Source: Acholeplasmataceae bacterium (lineage in GTDB: Bacteria; Bacillota_I; Bacilli_A; Acholeplasmatales; UBA5453). Taken from it: a stretch of DNA of 64,000 nt. The translations under genes were made by a program, and so were the position numbers. The notes beneath the pieces were generated by a model. It saw nothing but the letters and a program-made list of their open reading frames with translations, searched no databases and was not told where the DNA came from. The stretch covers positions 386-64,385 of the forward strand of contig JAAYKO010000040.1 in NCBI GenBank assembly GCA_012522345.1, in the 5' to 3' direction. Shown piece by piece: positions 47,505-57,128 of the stretch. The first letter of the stretch is position 1; every line of letters begins with the position of its first letter.

Positions 47505-48192
47505 ATTTTTCTCTTTGACATTCATCACCAATACATTCTGTTTTAGTTACTTCTGATTTTTGTTTGCGATAAAAACTATTTAACATTTCGCTAAATGCTT
47601 CCTTTGGTTGAGCGCCTAATAGATAATAGCTATTATCGACCACAAAAGCAGGCACTCCGGTTAAATTTAGGTTTTCAGCACGTTGATAATCAAGTCTAAT
47701 CTCATGAGTATACATATCAGTCTCACAGACAGCAATTACATCTTTTTCCACAAGACCAACAAGAGCGCCAATTTTTGCCAGCACCTTGGGGTCTGAAATA
47801 TCTTTGCCCTCTTCGAAATGAGCTTTAAACACATAGTCGATAAAAACACTTTGAGCGACTGAATCAGTAATTAACTTTAATACTTGATGAGCTTTTTTAC
47901 TAGTTGTTGGAATTAAATTGTCAAAATCAAGTTTAATATTCTCATGTTGAGCCATCACTGTTAGTCGATGGTGAACCTCTTGAGCTTTTTTATATGGAAT
48001 ATCTTTATGTTCTGATAAATACTGATGAGCATCAATACATAAGGTACCTTCGATATATGGTGCGATACAAAAACTATGAAAATATATATTCACATCTTTT
48101 TTATTAATATAATTGTTTACAGCTTTTTCAAACCGTCTTTTCCCTATATAAGAAAAAGGACAAGTAAAGTCAAACCAGATATCAATTCTCAT
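47503..48192 (-). CDS. DsbA/FrnE-like thioredoxin-fold protein
   Basis: N-terminus IDIWFDFTCPFSYIGKRRF (CPFS in place of CxxC), and GVPAFVVD near the C-terminus. Confidence 0.6.
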   Translation of the reverse strand: MRIDIWFDFTCPFSYIGKRRFEKAVNNYINKKDVNIYFHSFCIAPYIEGTLCIDAHQYLSEHKDIPYKKAQEVHHRLTVMAQHENIKLDFDNLIPTTSKKAHQVLKLITDSVAQSVFIDYVFKAHFEEGKDISDPKVLAKIGALVGLVEKDVIAVCETDMYTHEIRLDYQRAENLNLTGVPAFVVDNSYYLLGAQPKEAFSEMLNSFYRKQKSEVTKTECIGDECQREK

Positions 48193-48311
48193 CTTATCAC
48201 CACCTAAATTATAAGTTATTTGCGATTTAAAAACAAAAGATTTACAATCTTTAACTTAGGTTTAGTTGAATTGTCTTATTTTATAGTATAATTACTGTAG
48301 TAGGTGAGATT

Positions 48312-49701
48312 GTGAAAAAGATTCTAAAATTTTTGACTAACAAAATTACTATAATTGCTTTACTCACTATTGTGCAATTTATTATTTTTGCTGTTGCTGT
48401 AATAATACTCTCTAGCGAAGTTCCTTACTTTTTTTATCTATCATTTGCGATTAGTTTGGTCTTAATCGCTTTCATTTTAAGAAGTGATGAACCGGACATT
48501 TACAAAACTGCTTGGCTTATTCCAATTTTAATCGCTCCAGTTTTTGGCGGTCTTTTTTACTTAACATTTAAGCCTTTAAGATCAACAAAAAAGTTGAGTT
48601 TAAAAGCTCAACAAAAAGCTGAAAATAGAGAAAAACAAACTTTAAGTTTAATCAAACCTTTACCTGATATCGAGCAAATTTACAATAAACAAATTCAATA
48701 CTTACAACAAAACAATTGGGCTTACTTGGGAAAACATTTACCCAATCTTGGTTGAAAAAGCAAACCAGGGTGTTGACGTCCGCTTGATTTATGATGAATG
48801 GGGTAGTACCACGAGAATAAAGCGTGGCTTTAAAAAAAGAATGGAAGCTAGTGGGATTAAAACTGTCGCCTTTAATCCTTTAAAATTGCGGTTTGTTGTC
48901 GCATTAAATTATCGTACACACCGAAAAATGATTATCATTGATGGTAATGTTGGCTTTACTGGTGGGATAAATATTGCTGATGAATATGCCAACATAAAAA
49001 AACGCTTTGGCCATTGGCATGATGCAGCTGTAATGTTAAAAGGTGATGCTGTCTTTAATATGACTTCCTCTTTTCTTGAAACATGGGATTTTCACCACAA
49101 TCAAACAACTGATTTAAAGGCCTTTCAACCAACATTAAAATTTAGTAGTGATGGTATCGCTATTCCTTTTAGCGATTCACCATTTAGTAAAAGCTTTCTT
49201 TCTAAACATCTCTATACACAGATGATTTTCTCAGCAAAAAAAGCAATATATCTGACTACACCTTATTTTATAATCGATGATGATTTAATTAACGCTTTTA
49301 AAATCCAAGCTCAAAGTGGAGTAGAAATACATCTTATTGTCCCAGGCATCCCCGATAAAAAATTTGCTTATCGGGTTACTAAATACTATTTAAAACAACT
49401 AGTCACAATCCCCAACATCTATATTTATTCTTATTCTCCAGGCTTTGTTCACTCTAAGATTATTTATATCGATGATATGGTTGCTGCAGTTGGAACTGTG
49501 AACTTTGACTTTAGAAGCTTTTATTTGCATTTTGAAAATAATGTTTGGTTTTACAATACGCAAGCATTAACTTCCATTAAGGAATTTTTAAATTCCACAA
49601 TTGAGCAGTCAAAAGTTCTAAAGTTTGAAGATCTTCATACAAAAAATGTTTTTGCCAAAATATATGAAACACTCTTAATTTCACTTTCGTTCTTACTTTA
49701 A
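48312..49701 (+). pseudogene. cls: Disrupted cardiolipin synthase (frameshift plus apparent internal deletion)
   Basis: ORF A (48312..48755) encodes the two N-terminal TM helices and a linker, and stops at TGA. ORF B (48748..49701, next frame) begins at ...TWENIYPILVEKANQGVDVRLIYDEWGS and carries both HKD motifs (HRKMIIID, HSKIIYID). The roughly 45-aa segment normally found between these parts is absent from both frames. Confidence 0.7.
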
Positions 49702-49714
49702 ATCAGCTCTAAAA

Positions 49715-49742
49715 CAAAAAAGACTTAAATCAGTCTTTTTTC
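49715..49742. terminator. Bidirectional intrinsic terminator
   Basis: AAAAAAGACT-taaatc-AGTCTTTTTT between convergent stop codons. Confidence 0.75.
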
Positions 49743-49747
49743 TTTAC

Positions 49748-52700
49748 TCAAACAGCCTTCTCAACAAGTTTTAAAATTTCCTCAAAAGTGAATGTTTTAT
49801 CGACAATTTTACCTCGGATATAAGCAATTTTAATCGCTTGAAGTAAAGCTTTGTCCCGTTTAGTGTCGACAAAATAAACTATAAACTTCATCTCATGATT
49901 AAGTGAAAAATTATTTAACATCTCTAAATAACTAAGTTTTTTCTCATCTAATTCAGTTCTTTTATCGAGATAATGAAAGACTTTAATAAACTCATCCTTT
50001 AAATATGAAATATTAGTTGACCCAACAGTAATTCCGTAACTTGCTAACTCTTTTAACTTTAAGTATTCTTGCTGATGGTATTCTTTTAGTCGTGCAACTA
50101 TTTCCACAACTTCAAAAGGAATATCATAAGTTTTATAAAGGCCAATTAAAAATGCATTAAATTCTGGCTGGTTTAGGGTGTCACTTGAAATATTAATGCT
50201 GAGTTTAACATATTTGTTGGCTTCATTATAGAGGCGGTTTAAACGTTTAAAAGCTTGATTTAAAATATATTTTTCTAATTTTACTAAAAGTCCTCTTTTT
50301 TCTGCGACACGATAGTAATATTCTGAATAAATATTTAATGATTTACTTTCAACACCGACCTCGTAGGCATAAACTTTGTTAGTTTTTTGATTGACGATTT
50401 GAGTAAAATTAAGTCGCAGTTTTTCGCCTACAATAAGTCTGTCGATTTGCCGGATTATTTCTGTTTCAAAAAGGTCTTTTTGATAATCCGCAAAATCAAA
50501 GTAACAATACTGAATCACTCCGGATTTTGCCCGATTAAGACTGATGCTTAAATACTGATAAAACTTTTCCAAATTGGTCTCGCGCGTATTAATTGGATAC
50601 CTAATAATTCCCATCTCGACTTGAAAAACTTGTTCCGCCAACAATTTTGATTGAAATGCTTCTAAGGCTTGGTAAAACGTTTTAATTTTTCTTTCTACAG
50701 TTCGAATATCATTGACATCAAGCACAGCTAAAAGACTATTATTATCAAATTGATAAATTTGCTGATAAAATGGTTTAGAAAATTCAGCAAATTCTTTAAA
50801 AAACTCTTTCTTAAGCCTTTTCCCATATAAGAATTCGATTTTATCTAAATTGCTTAACTCCATTAAAATGAAAGTTGTTTTGCCTTTAATATAATTTGGA
50901 AACTCTACTTCAAACTGATGAAGAGTAAATAAATTATAAAGCGGATTTACAAATGCTTTTGCTTGCCATTCTCTGTGGGTCTTTTTGTATTCAGTATAAT
51001 CAATTAAGTTACCATATAGATAACCATCATTATAATAATGGTTTGCTAAATAAACTTTGTTTTGCCAGTTTAATTCGAGCGCAAACCTTTGTCTTTCGCC
51101 TCTTTTTAAAGCTTGAATTAAATTATTATATTTAACCTGTTTCTGAGGCGTAAACTTAGCAACTAGAGCTGTTATACTGTCATTTTTCTTAAGTTTAAAT
51201 AACTCATTAAATAATGGACTCCCGATGATGTTTTCTTTAGCAATAAAAGCGATTAAAAACTTAGAATCAAAGAGTTCGGTTATAATATCTTGTTTAGCCT
51301 TTTCTTTAGCTAAAAAATTATGAATTTTTAATTCATAAGAAATAAAATTACTCAAAACTTTAAAAGTTAAATCATCTAAATAAAGATCTTTTTCTTCTCG
51401 TTGGTAAAAGCAGACACTAGCCTGATTGCCCATCGCATAACAATAAACTTGTTTTACATTTGTCTTCGTCAAGGGTTGGTTTGAAATTAAATCATAATCA
51501 AATTTTAAATCTTCAGTTTTTTTAATTATGTCAACAAAATTATTGGCTGCTTCTCCTAGTATTGAACTATTTATTGTGTGCTGACTATACTTTTTTTCAT
51601 AGAGACGAGATTTTTTATAATGATAGACTAAAGGATTAAAATAAAAGACAACATCAGAAAAGTCAAAGTACTTCTCCATTAAAATACTTATCCTTCTAAC
51701 TCGTTCAAAAAAACTTAAACTTATGCTGAGAGCTGAAACTTCAACAATAAAACTATCAAGCAAAAACAGTTGTTCGCCTGGTGTTTTTCTAGTTGATGGT
51801 AAAGATTCTTTTTGGGTGTCTGATAAAACTTTTAAACTGCTTTTTGCTTGCGGAATTGTTATTTTAGGCTCAATTGCTTTTTTAGTAGCCTTTTCTTTTG
51901 CTAAAATTTTCTTTTCAAGTTCTTGCAGTTTAATTTCATAGTGTTCAACGCTCCGGAAATCTCGGTTTTCCTCATAAAATTTAACTAATTCAGAAAAAAG
52001 CGTTTTTTGTTGCAGCAAACTGAGCTCACTTAATTTTTGTTCACTTTCAGTTTCCAAGATCTGAACCTTTTTAAGTTCTTCTGTTCGAATTAAGGACCTT
52101 AAATTATAAAAAATTTGCAAACTTTCTTTTTCAGCATCTATTTCTTTTTGAAGAGTATCATTTTGTTCAGTCGCAAACAAATATTCAAAATAGCTGTTTT
52201 GAATTTCCTTTTTCTCTTCAAAATTAGGGTTTAACTGCAGTAAATAGTGATAAGTCTTAGTAATTTCATCATCATTACCAGCAGCAATTTGAGCTTTAAA
52301 ATTTGGAATATAGTAAGGAATCAAAGCTGTTTTATCAAACTGGTAGGCTTTTAAGACATTTAAAATGGCGCTATAATCTTCAGCAAAACTTTTTTTGAAA
52401 TTTAACATATCCAAATGATGTTTGTACATTTCAATTTGGGGCAAACTTTCTCTTCTTAAATTTAAATAATGAAGGGCTTTATTTTTGTCTTTAAGCAAAA
52501 TAAAACTCTCGATGATTAGACTAAGAGCTTGGTCGTAAAGTTCTAACTCTTTTTGTTCGGAAAGATAATTTAATTGTTTAAGTAAAACTTCTGTCGTCTC
52601 TTGATAATGACTATTTTCAAACAAAATTTCTGCTAATTTAATCGCGGCGTAAACAACTTCAGTTTTATCACTTGAAGTTGCGATTAATTCAAACAATAGA

Positions 52701-52756
52701 TTTACGGTTTTTTGATTGTTGGCAAGAGCAAACAATTCTCCTTTACGCAATTCCAC
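49748..52756 (-). CDS. 1002-aa multidomain signalling-type protein: TPR-like repeats, coiled coil, GAF/PAS-like region, degenerate GGDEF, degenerate EAL
   Basis: GGDEF-like block: VNPLYNLFTLHQF ... FILMELSNLDKIEFLYG ... IYQFDNNSLLAVL, where GGDEF has become DNNSL. EAL-like block: LRLNFTQIV...YAYEVGVE, KLSINISS, VEIVARL, ITVGSTNISYL, FHYLDK, FIVYFVDTK, IRGKI. Most metal and catalytic residues are replaced. Confidence 0.7.
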   Translation of the reverse strand: MELRKGELFALANNQKTVNLLFELIATSSDKTEVVYAAIKLAEILFENSHYQETTEVLLKQLNYLSEQKELELYDQALSLIIESFILLKDKNKALHYLNLRRESLPQIEMYKHHLDMLNFKKSFAEDYSAILNVLKAYQFDKTALIPYYIPNFKAQIAAGNDDEITKTYHYLLQLNPNFEEKKEIQNSYFEYLFATEQNDTLQKEIDAEKESLQIFYNLRSLIRTEELKKVQILETESEQKLSELSLLQQKTLFSELVKFYEENRDFRSVEHYEIKLQELEKKILAKEKATKKAIEPKITIPQAKSSLKVLSDTQKESLPSTRKTPGEQLFLLDSFIVEVSALSISLSFFERVRRISILMEKYFDFSDVVFYFNPLVYHYKKSRLYEKKYSQHTINSSILGEAANNFVDIIKKTEDLKFDYDLISNQPLTKTNVKQVYCYAMGNQASVCFYQREEKDLYLDDLTFKVLSNFISYELKIHNFLAKEKAKQDIITELFDSKFLIAFIAKENIIGSPLFNELFKLKKNDSITALVAKFTPQKQVKYNNLIQALKRGERQRFALELNWQNKVYLANHYYNDGYLYGNLIDYTEYKKTHREWQAKAFVNPLYNLFTLHQFEVEFPNYIKGKTTFILMELSNLDKIEFLYGKRLKKEFFKEFAEFSKPFYQQIYQFDNNSLLAVLDVNDIRTVERKIKTFYQALEAFQSKLLAEQVFQVEMGIIRYPINTRETNLEKFYQYLSISLNRAKSGVIQYCYFDFADYQKDLFETEIIRQIDRLIVGEKLRLNFTQIVNQKTNKVYAYEVGVESKSLNIYSEYYYRVAEKRGLLVKLEKYILNQAFKRLNRLYNEANKYVKLSINISSDTLNQPEFNAFLIGLYKTYDIPFEVVEIVARLKEYHQQEYLKLKELASYGITVGSTNISYLKDEFIKVFHYLDKRTELDEKKLSYLEMLNNFSLNHEMKFIVYFVDTKRDKALLQAIKIAYIRGKIVDKTFTFEEILKLVEKAV

Positions 52757-52806
52757 TCATTTCTCCTTTAAGTTTCAAATTTTTGCTGTTTGTTGAAATC
52801 TTTTAG

Positions 52807-53235
52807 TCAATATAAAAGTATTTCACCTTTATAATAAAGAGCATAGTTCCCATTCATTAAAGCGCCTGGATTTAATAAAATCAAATTATCAACTCTTGTT
52901 AAGTTTTGGCGATGAGTGTGACCATAAATACAAATATCAACTTTTAAACTTTTCGCAAAACTGATCAACTGCTTTAAGCCTGATTTAACTCTTTGATGAT
53001 GTCCATGAATTAGTAAAATCTTTTTCCCATCATAAGATAGAAGCCGATATTCAGGTAATTTAATAAAAAAATCTGTGTTTCCTTTTACTGAAACAATTTT
53101 TAATTGTTCTAAAAGTGCTACTGATAATTGAGAATCGCCTGCATCAATGTGATGATCGATGTCCGGATGTTTACTTAAAACAGTATCGAGCATTTTAGTG
53201 GCACGATGAAGATCAGAGGTAATCAAGATTTTCAT
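52807..53235 (-). CDS. YfcE/MJ0936-family metallophosphoesterase
   Basis: Motif series DLH / GDS / GNTD / HGH / GHTH. 142 aa. Overlaps rdgB as in many Firmicutes. Confidence 0.85.
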   Translation of the reverse strand: MKILITSDLHRATKMLDTVLSKHPDIDHHIDAGDSQLSVALLEQLKIVSVKGNTDFFIKLPEYRLLSYDGKKILLIHGHHQRVKSGLKQLISFAKSLKVDICIYGHTHRQNLTRVDNLILLNPGALMNGNYALYYKGEILLY

Positions 53236-53803
53236 TTAAAAACTCCTTTAGATTTTTAAGCGCTAACCCTCGATGAGAAATTTTAATTTTCTCTTCTAAA
53301 GTAAGTTCAGCGAGAGTTTTATTGAAACTTTTAAGATAAAATAAAGGATCATAACCAAAACCACCATCGCCTTTGAGGCTATAACTGATTTCACCTTCAA
53401 TAATTCCTTGAAAATAACTAGTTTGTTTAGTTTGAGGGTTGAAAAGCGCCAAAACAGTCCTAAATTGTGCTTTTCTCTCAGTTTTATTTTTAAGTTCAAA
53501 GAGAATTTTTTCATTGCGTTCTTCAGTTGTTTTTGCATAACGATGGGAATGGATACCTGGTTTCATTCCAAGCGAAAAAACTTCTAAGCCTGAATCATCA
53601 GCAAGAGCTAATATATTATGTTTTAGACCATAATATTGCGCCTTAATAAAGGCATTTTCAAAAAAGGTTTTACCGCCCTCATCAATTTCCTCACAATCAT
53701 TTAAATCCTTTAAAGATAAAATTTCCAGCTCAAAAGATTTTAAAACATTTTTAATCTCTTTGATTTTGTTTTTATTCTGAGTACAGATTAGTAATTGTTT
53801 CAT
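53213..53803 (-). CDS. rdgB: dITP/XTP pyrophosphatase (RdgB/HAM1)
   Basis: 196 aa. Motifs TQNKNKIKE, ALADDSGLEV, GGFGYDPLFY and SHRGLA. Confidence 0.9.
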   Translation of the reverse strand: MKQLLICTQNKNKIKEIKNVLKSFELEILSLKDLNDCEEIDEGGKTFFENAFIKAQYYGLKHNILALADDSGLEVFSLGMKPGIHSHRYAKTTEERNEKILFELKNKTERKAQFRTVLALFNPQTKQTSYFQGIIEGEISYSLKGDGGFGYDPLFYLKSFNKTLAELTLEEKIKISHRGLALKNLKEFLNENLDYL

Positions 53804-53910
53804 ATTATTATTATATCACGTACTTTGTAAAACTAAACAAGTGTAGTATAATACTTGATAAGAGTGCGCAAATAATCGAATTATAGTTGAAGCGTATCAA
53901 GGTAAAAACT

Positions 53911-54972
53911 ATGAAAAAACAAACCAATTTTACAACTAAAAAGGCTTTCTTTGTTTTATTTTTTTATTTTTTAATGATGTTTTTAATAGCAAGCTTTGTT
54001 GCTGTTTTTTTATATAGTTTTGATAAGACTACTTACGAATACTCAAGTACTGATGAAATAATTATTGAGCTTCAAACAGAGGCAGCCATCTCCTTTACAA
54101 CTTCAGAAGACCTTGATAAATCCTTTTATGGCACTAAATTTATTGATACCTATCCCCTTAAAAATAGTTTCTTTTTAATAACTACAAAGGATCTCTTCCC
54201 GCGTGATTTAGAAATTGATGATGAATTTGTTAAAACTGTCTTTGAAGAACATAAATATACTGTCGATTCTTTTAAAATTAAACGACTTGCTAAAAAAGAA
54301 GATAACTCCGAGTTTTACAATTTATATAATATCGTTACGCCACAAATTGAAAAAGAAATCACTGGCAGTTTTGGCTTAAATGAATTAGGTGAAATTATTA
54401 ATATTGTAGTTGTTTACATTTTAGTCTTTCTCGGTGTTTTCGCTTTTAGTTTTAAAATGCTAAAAGAAGAATTTCAAAACCTGCCGAAAGGCATTCTTTT
54501 TACTATCGGTGCGATTATTTTGGGTGTTTTAGTTGTTTATTTTGGTAATTTAATAAGCGCAATTATAAGTCAAATCTTATCTATTCTTTTCAAAGAAAAG
54601 ATTGTCACTTCCCTCAATCAAGCAACTATTGAGCGGCAACTCACTAGTCAGTATGGGGCTTTAATTATTATTGTTGTTGTTTTATTAGGGCCAATTGTCG
54701 AAGAATTAGTTTTTAGAAAAGCATTTTTTACGCTAATAAAAAACCAGTGGGTTGCACTGGTTGTCAGTTCTTTACTCTTTGGTTTAATTCATGTTGTAAC
54801 CGAAGCAAGCATCCATAGTTTTTTAATTAATTTAATCCCTTATTTAGTCTCTGGAATTGCTCTTGGTTTAATTTATATTTATAATAAGAAAAACATTGTT
54901 GTTTCAATGTTCACTCATATTTTAATCAATTTAATTTCGGTTATCATAGTATTTGTTAGCTATAGCCTTTAA
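53911..54972 (+). CDS. CPBP-family intramembrane glutamic protease (CAAX/Abi type) with an N-terminal extracytoplasmic extension
   Basis: Motifs EELVFRKAF, FGLIHV and FTHILINL in TM helices. There is an extra N-terminal TM plus a non-hydrophobic domain of about 120 aa. The ATG at 53911 is preferred over the TTG at 53887. Confidence 0.75.
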   Translation: MKKQTNFTTKKAFFVLFFYFLMMFLIASFVAVFLYSFDKTTYEYSSTDEIIIELQTEAAISFTTSEDLDKSFYGTKFIDTYPLKNSFFLITTKDLFPRDLEIDDEFVKTVFEEHKYTVDSFKIKRLAKKEDNSEFYNLYNIVTPQIEKEITGSFGLNELGEIINIVVVYILVFLGVFAFSFKMLKEEFQNLPKGILFTIGAIILGVLVVYFGNLISAIISQILSILFKEKIVTSLNQATIERQLTSQYGALIIIVVVLLGPIVEELVFRKAFFTLIKNQWVALVVSSLLFGLIHVVTEASIHSFLINLIPYLVSGIALGLIYIYNKKNIVVSMFTHILINLISVIIVFVSYSL

Positions 54973-55893
54973 ATATTTTTTGTTTTTTTCAAGATTTGCA
55001 TAATCATAACTGGTGAGGTGAAACTCATCTTTTTTATCTTCTATTCCTTGTTTTAAATATTGTGTTAACTTCTCATAATCTTTGTTGATAACCGCATACC
55101 TTAAAGGGTTCTTTTGGATGTTTTGTTTTACAAGCAAACTGTTTTGGAAAAATTTAAGTTTTTCAAGCATCATCAGATTATCGTTTTCTTCTGCAATCGA
55201 AAAAAGAGTTTCTTGATATTTGTTTCTGCCATCCAAATAACTTCCTTTTTTAAGCATCAATTCTAAGAGATTTAAGTTATTCATTCTCACTACTTCAAAA
55301 ATCGGGGTCTCTTCATAATTGTTTTTATAATGAGGATTTTCATTTGTTGATAATAAATATTCAACCATTTGAAAACCCCCAGCTTTACAAGCTAAATGAA
55401 GCAAAGTGTTATTTTTATTATCTTTTTTATTTAACATTGCAGATAGTTGATTAATCTTTTTAAAAACATTGACATCTCCACTTCTAATTGCGTAAAAGAG
55501 TAATGATTCACCATTATCATTTAAAGCTAAAACATCTGATCCACTTTCAATTAATAATTTTATTATTTTTAAATCACCTTTTAAGACTGCGTGGTGTAGA
55601 GGTGTTTCATTATAAATATTTCTAACTAAAACATTGCCATAATAATTAATTATTTTTAAAGTAGCTTCAAAATTTCCTTTTTTAACAGCCTCAAAAATTG
55701 CAGTCTCACCGCGATTGTTCTTTAAATTGGGATTAATATGGTTGGCTAATAAATAATTAATTATTTTTTTTGCCCCACCTCTAATTGCATAATGAAGAAG
55801 CGAATCTTGATTCTTATCTTGCATATCTAAGTGGATTGCAGTTGTTAAAAAATAGTCTAAATTGTTGTTACTCGCCTGTACAAAGGGATTCAT
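54931..55893 (-). CDS. Ankyrin-repeat protein (about 6-7 repeats)
   Basis: Repeated units include:
- DSLLHYAIRGGAKKIINYLLANHINPNLKNNRG
- ETPLHHAVLKGDLKIIKLLIESGSDVLALNDNG
- NTLLHLACKAGGFQMVEYLLSTNENPHYKNNYE
No signal peptide or TM segment is present. Confidence 0.8.
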   Translation of the reverse strand: MNPFVQASNNNLDYFLTTAIHLDMQDKNQDSLLHYAIRGGAKKIINYLLANHINPNLKNNRGETAIFEAVKKGNFEATLKIINYYGNVLVRNIYNETPLHHAVLKGDLKIIKLLIESGSDVLALNDNGESLLFYAIRSGDVNVFKKINQLSAMLNKKDNKNNTLLHLACKAGGFQMVEYLLSTNENPHYKNNYEETPIFEVVRMNNLNLLELMLKKGSYLDGRNKYQETLFSIAEENDNLMMLEKLKFFQNSLLVKQNIQKNPLRYAVINKDYEKLTQYLKQGIEDKKDEFHLTSYDYANLEKNKKYLKAIANKYYDNRN

Positions 55894-55991
55894 TTTATCA
55901 CCAAAAATATTATACCATAAAAAAAACCAGAAACTATTTTCACCTTTTAATAATTTCTGATCTTTTATTTTTCTTTAAATCACTAGCTGCT

Positions 55992-57128
55992 TTATTTTGT
56001 AAACATCCTTTTTTCACTATTAAACATTACAGTAAGTGAGAAGACTAAAAGTCCAGCAAAAGCCAAATTCGCGGTTGAACCAATTAAAAGATAAATCATA
56101 TTGTTGTGGCCTGAAAAAGCTCCTTTTAATAGTTGAGCAGTATTATAAATTGGAATTAAATATAAATATAGTTTATCTGTTGGTTTATGGTCATACATTG
56201 TCAACATTCCAACTACAATTGCAACAATCATTATTGGCGCTACTAACGAGGCTGCTTCTTTAACATTTCTTGCAAATGCTGAAATATTAGAAATTAAAGC
56301 TATTACGACCAAAACACTTGAAATTAAAACAATTAAAACAAAGAAATATGTTGAGGCCGTATAATTGAGTGAAGTTGCTCCTTCAATTGCCATCAGTTTC
56401 GGCAGAGATAAAATTATCCCAATAAAGCTTGAAAGTGAAGCTAAAACCGCTAAAATACTCAATGATAAAATCTTTCCTAAAGCAATTTGACTCCGTTTTG
56501 TCGGTGTTGCTAACAATGTCGCAATAGTACCGCGTTCTTTGTCGCCAGCAATGGATTCTGGTCCAACTGAAATCGCTCCTTGAAAAAGAAAAGTAATTAT
56601 TAACATCGGAAGAATCATCGACATAATATTCATCCCAACGCCAACTTCGGATAAATTGACATGTTCAAACCGAACCGACTCACCATCAATTAAAGTTTGA
56701 GTATATTCATTGCTTTGAAATACCGCATCGACTAATTGGACCAAGCCTAAAGAATTAATATTACTGTCATTATAATAATATTTCATCACATTTTGCGCTT
56801 TATCATAGTGAATTAGTAGCTGAACCATATCAGCTTTAATCTCTTGTTCAAGCTCAGGAATTCTCTCTACTTCCACAGTTTCAAAGATTAATTCTGTATC
56901 AACATATTCAGCTATTGAGATCATATCTGTTTTAATTTTTTCAGTTAAACCGACTTCTAAAATTGTATAGGTTTTATCTGGTTCAGCAATTTTCTCGACA
57001 GCTGCACCCATAATTGTATAGATTAAAAAGATAACTAAACCAGGTAGGATAAAGGTTGTAAAAATTAATTTTTTATCTTTAAAAACTCGTGCGAGTTCTT
57101 TTTTCATTACTATCCAAATATTTCTCAT
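55992..57128 (-). CDS. ABC-2-type transporter permease (NatB-like)
   Basis: 378 aa. N-terminal TM, a large extracytoplasmic loop, then 5 C-terminal TM helices. Overlaps the ATPase gene stop by 1 nt. Confidence 0.75.
   Translation of the reverse strand: MRNIWIVMKKELARVFKDKKLIFTTFILPGLVIFLIYTIMGAAVEKIAEPDKTYTILEVGLTEKIKTDMISIAEYVDTELIFETVEVERIPELEQEIKADMVQLLIHYDKAQNVMKYYYNDSNINSLGLVQLVDAVFQSNEYTQTLIDGESVRFEHVNLSEVGVGMNIMSMILPMLIITFLFQGAISVGPESIAGDKERGTIATLLATPTKRSQIALGKILSLSILAVLASLSSFIGIILSLPKLMAIEGATSLNYTASTYFFVLIVLISSVLVVIALISNISAFARNVKEAASLVAPIMIVAIVVGMLTMYDHKPTDKLYLYLIPIYNTAQLLKGAFSGHNNMIYLLIGSTANLAFAGLLVFSLTVMFNSEKRMFTK

Noticed and set aside
53296-53538. 80-aa minus-strand ORF overlapping rdgB in another frame.
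   Set aside because: The rdgB frame carries all the HAM1 motifs. The overlapping frame is K/L-rich noise without a start context.
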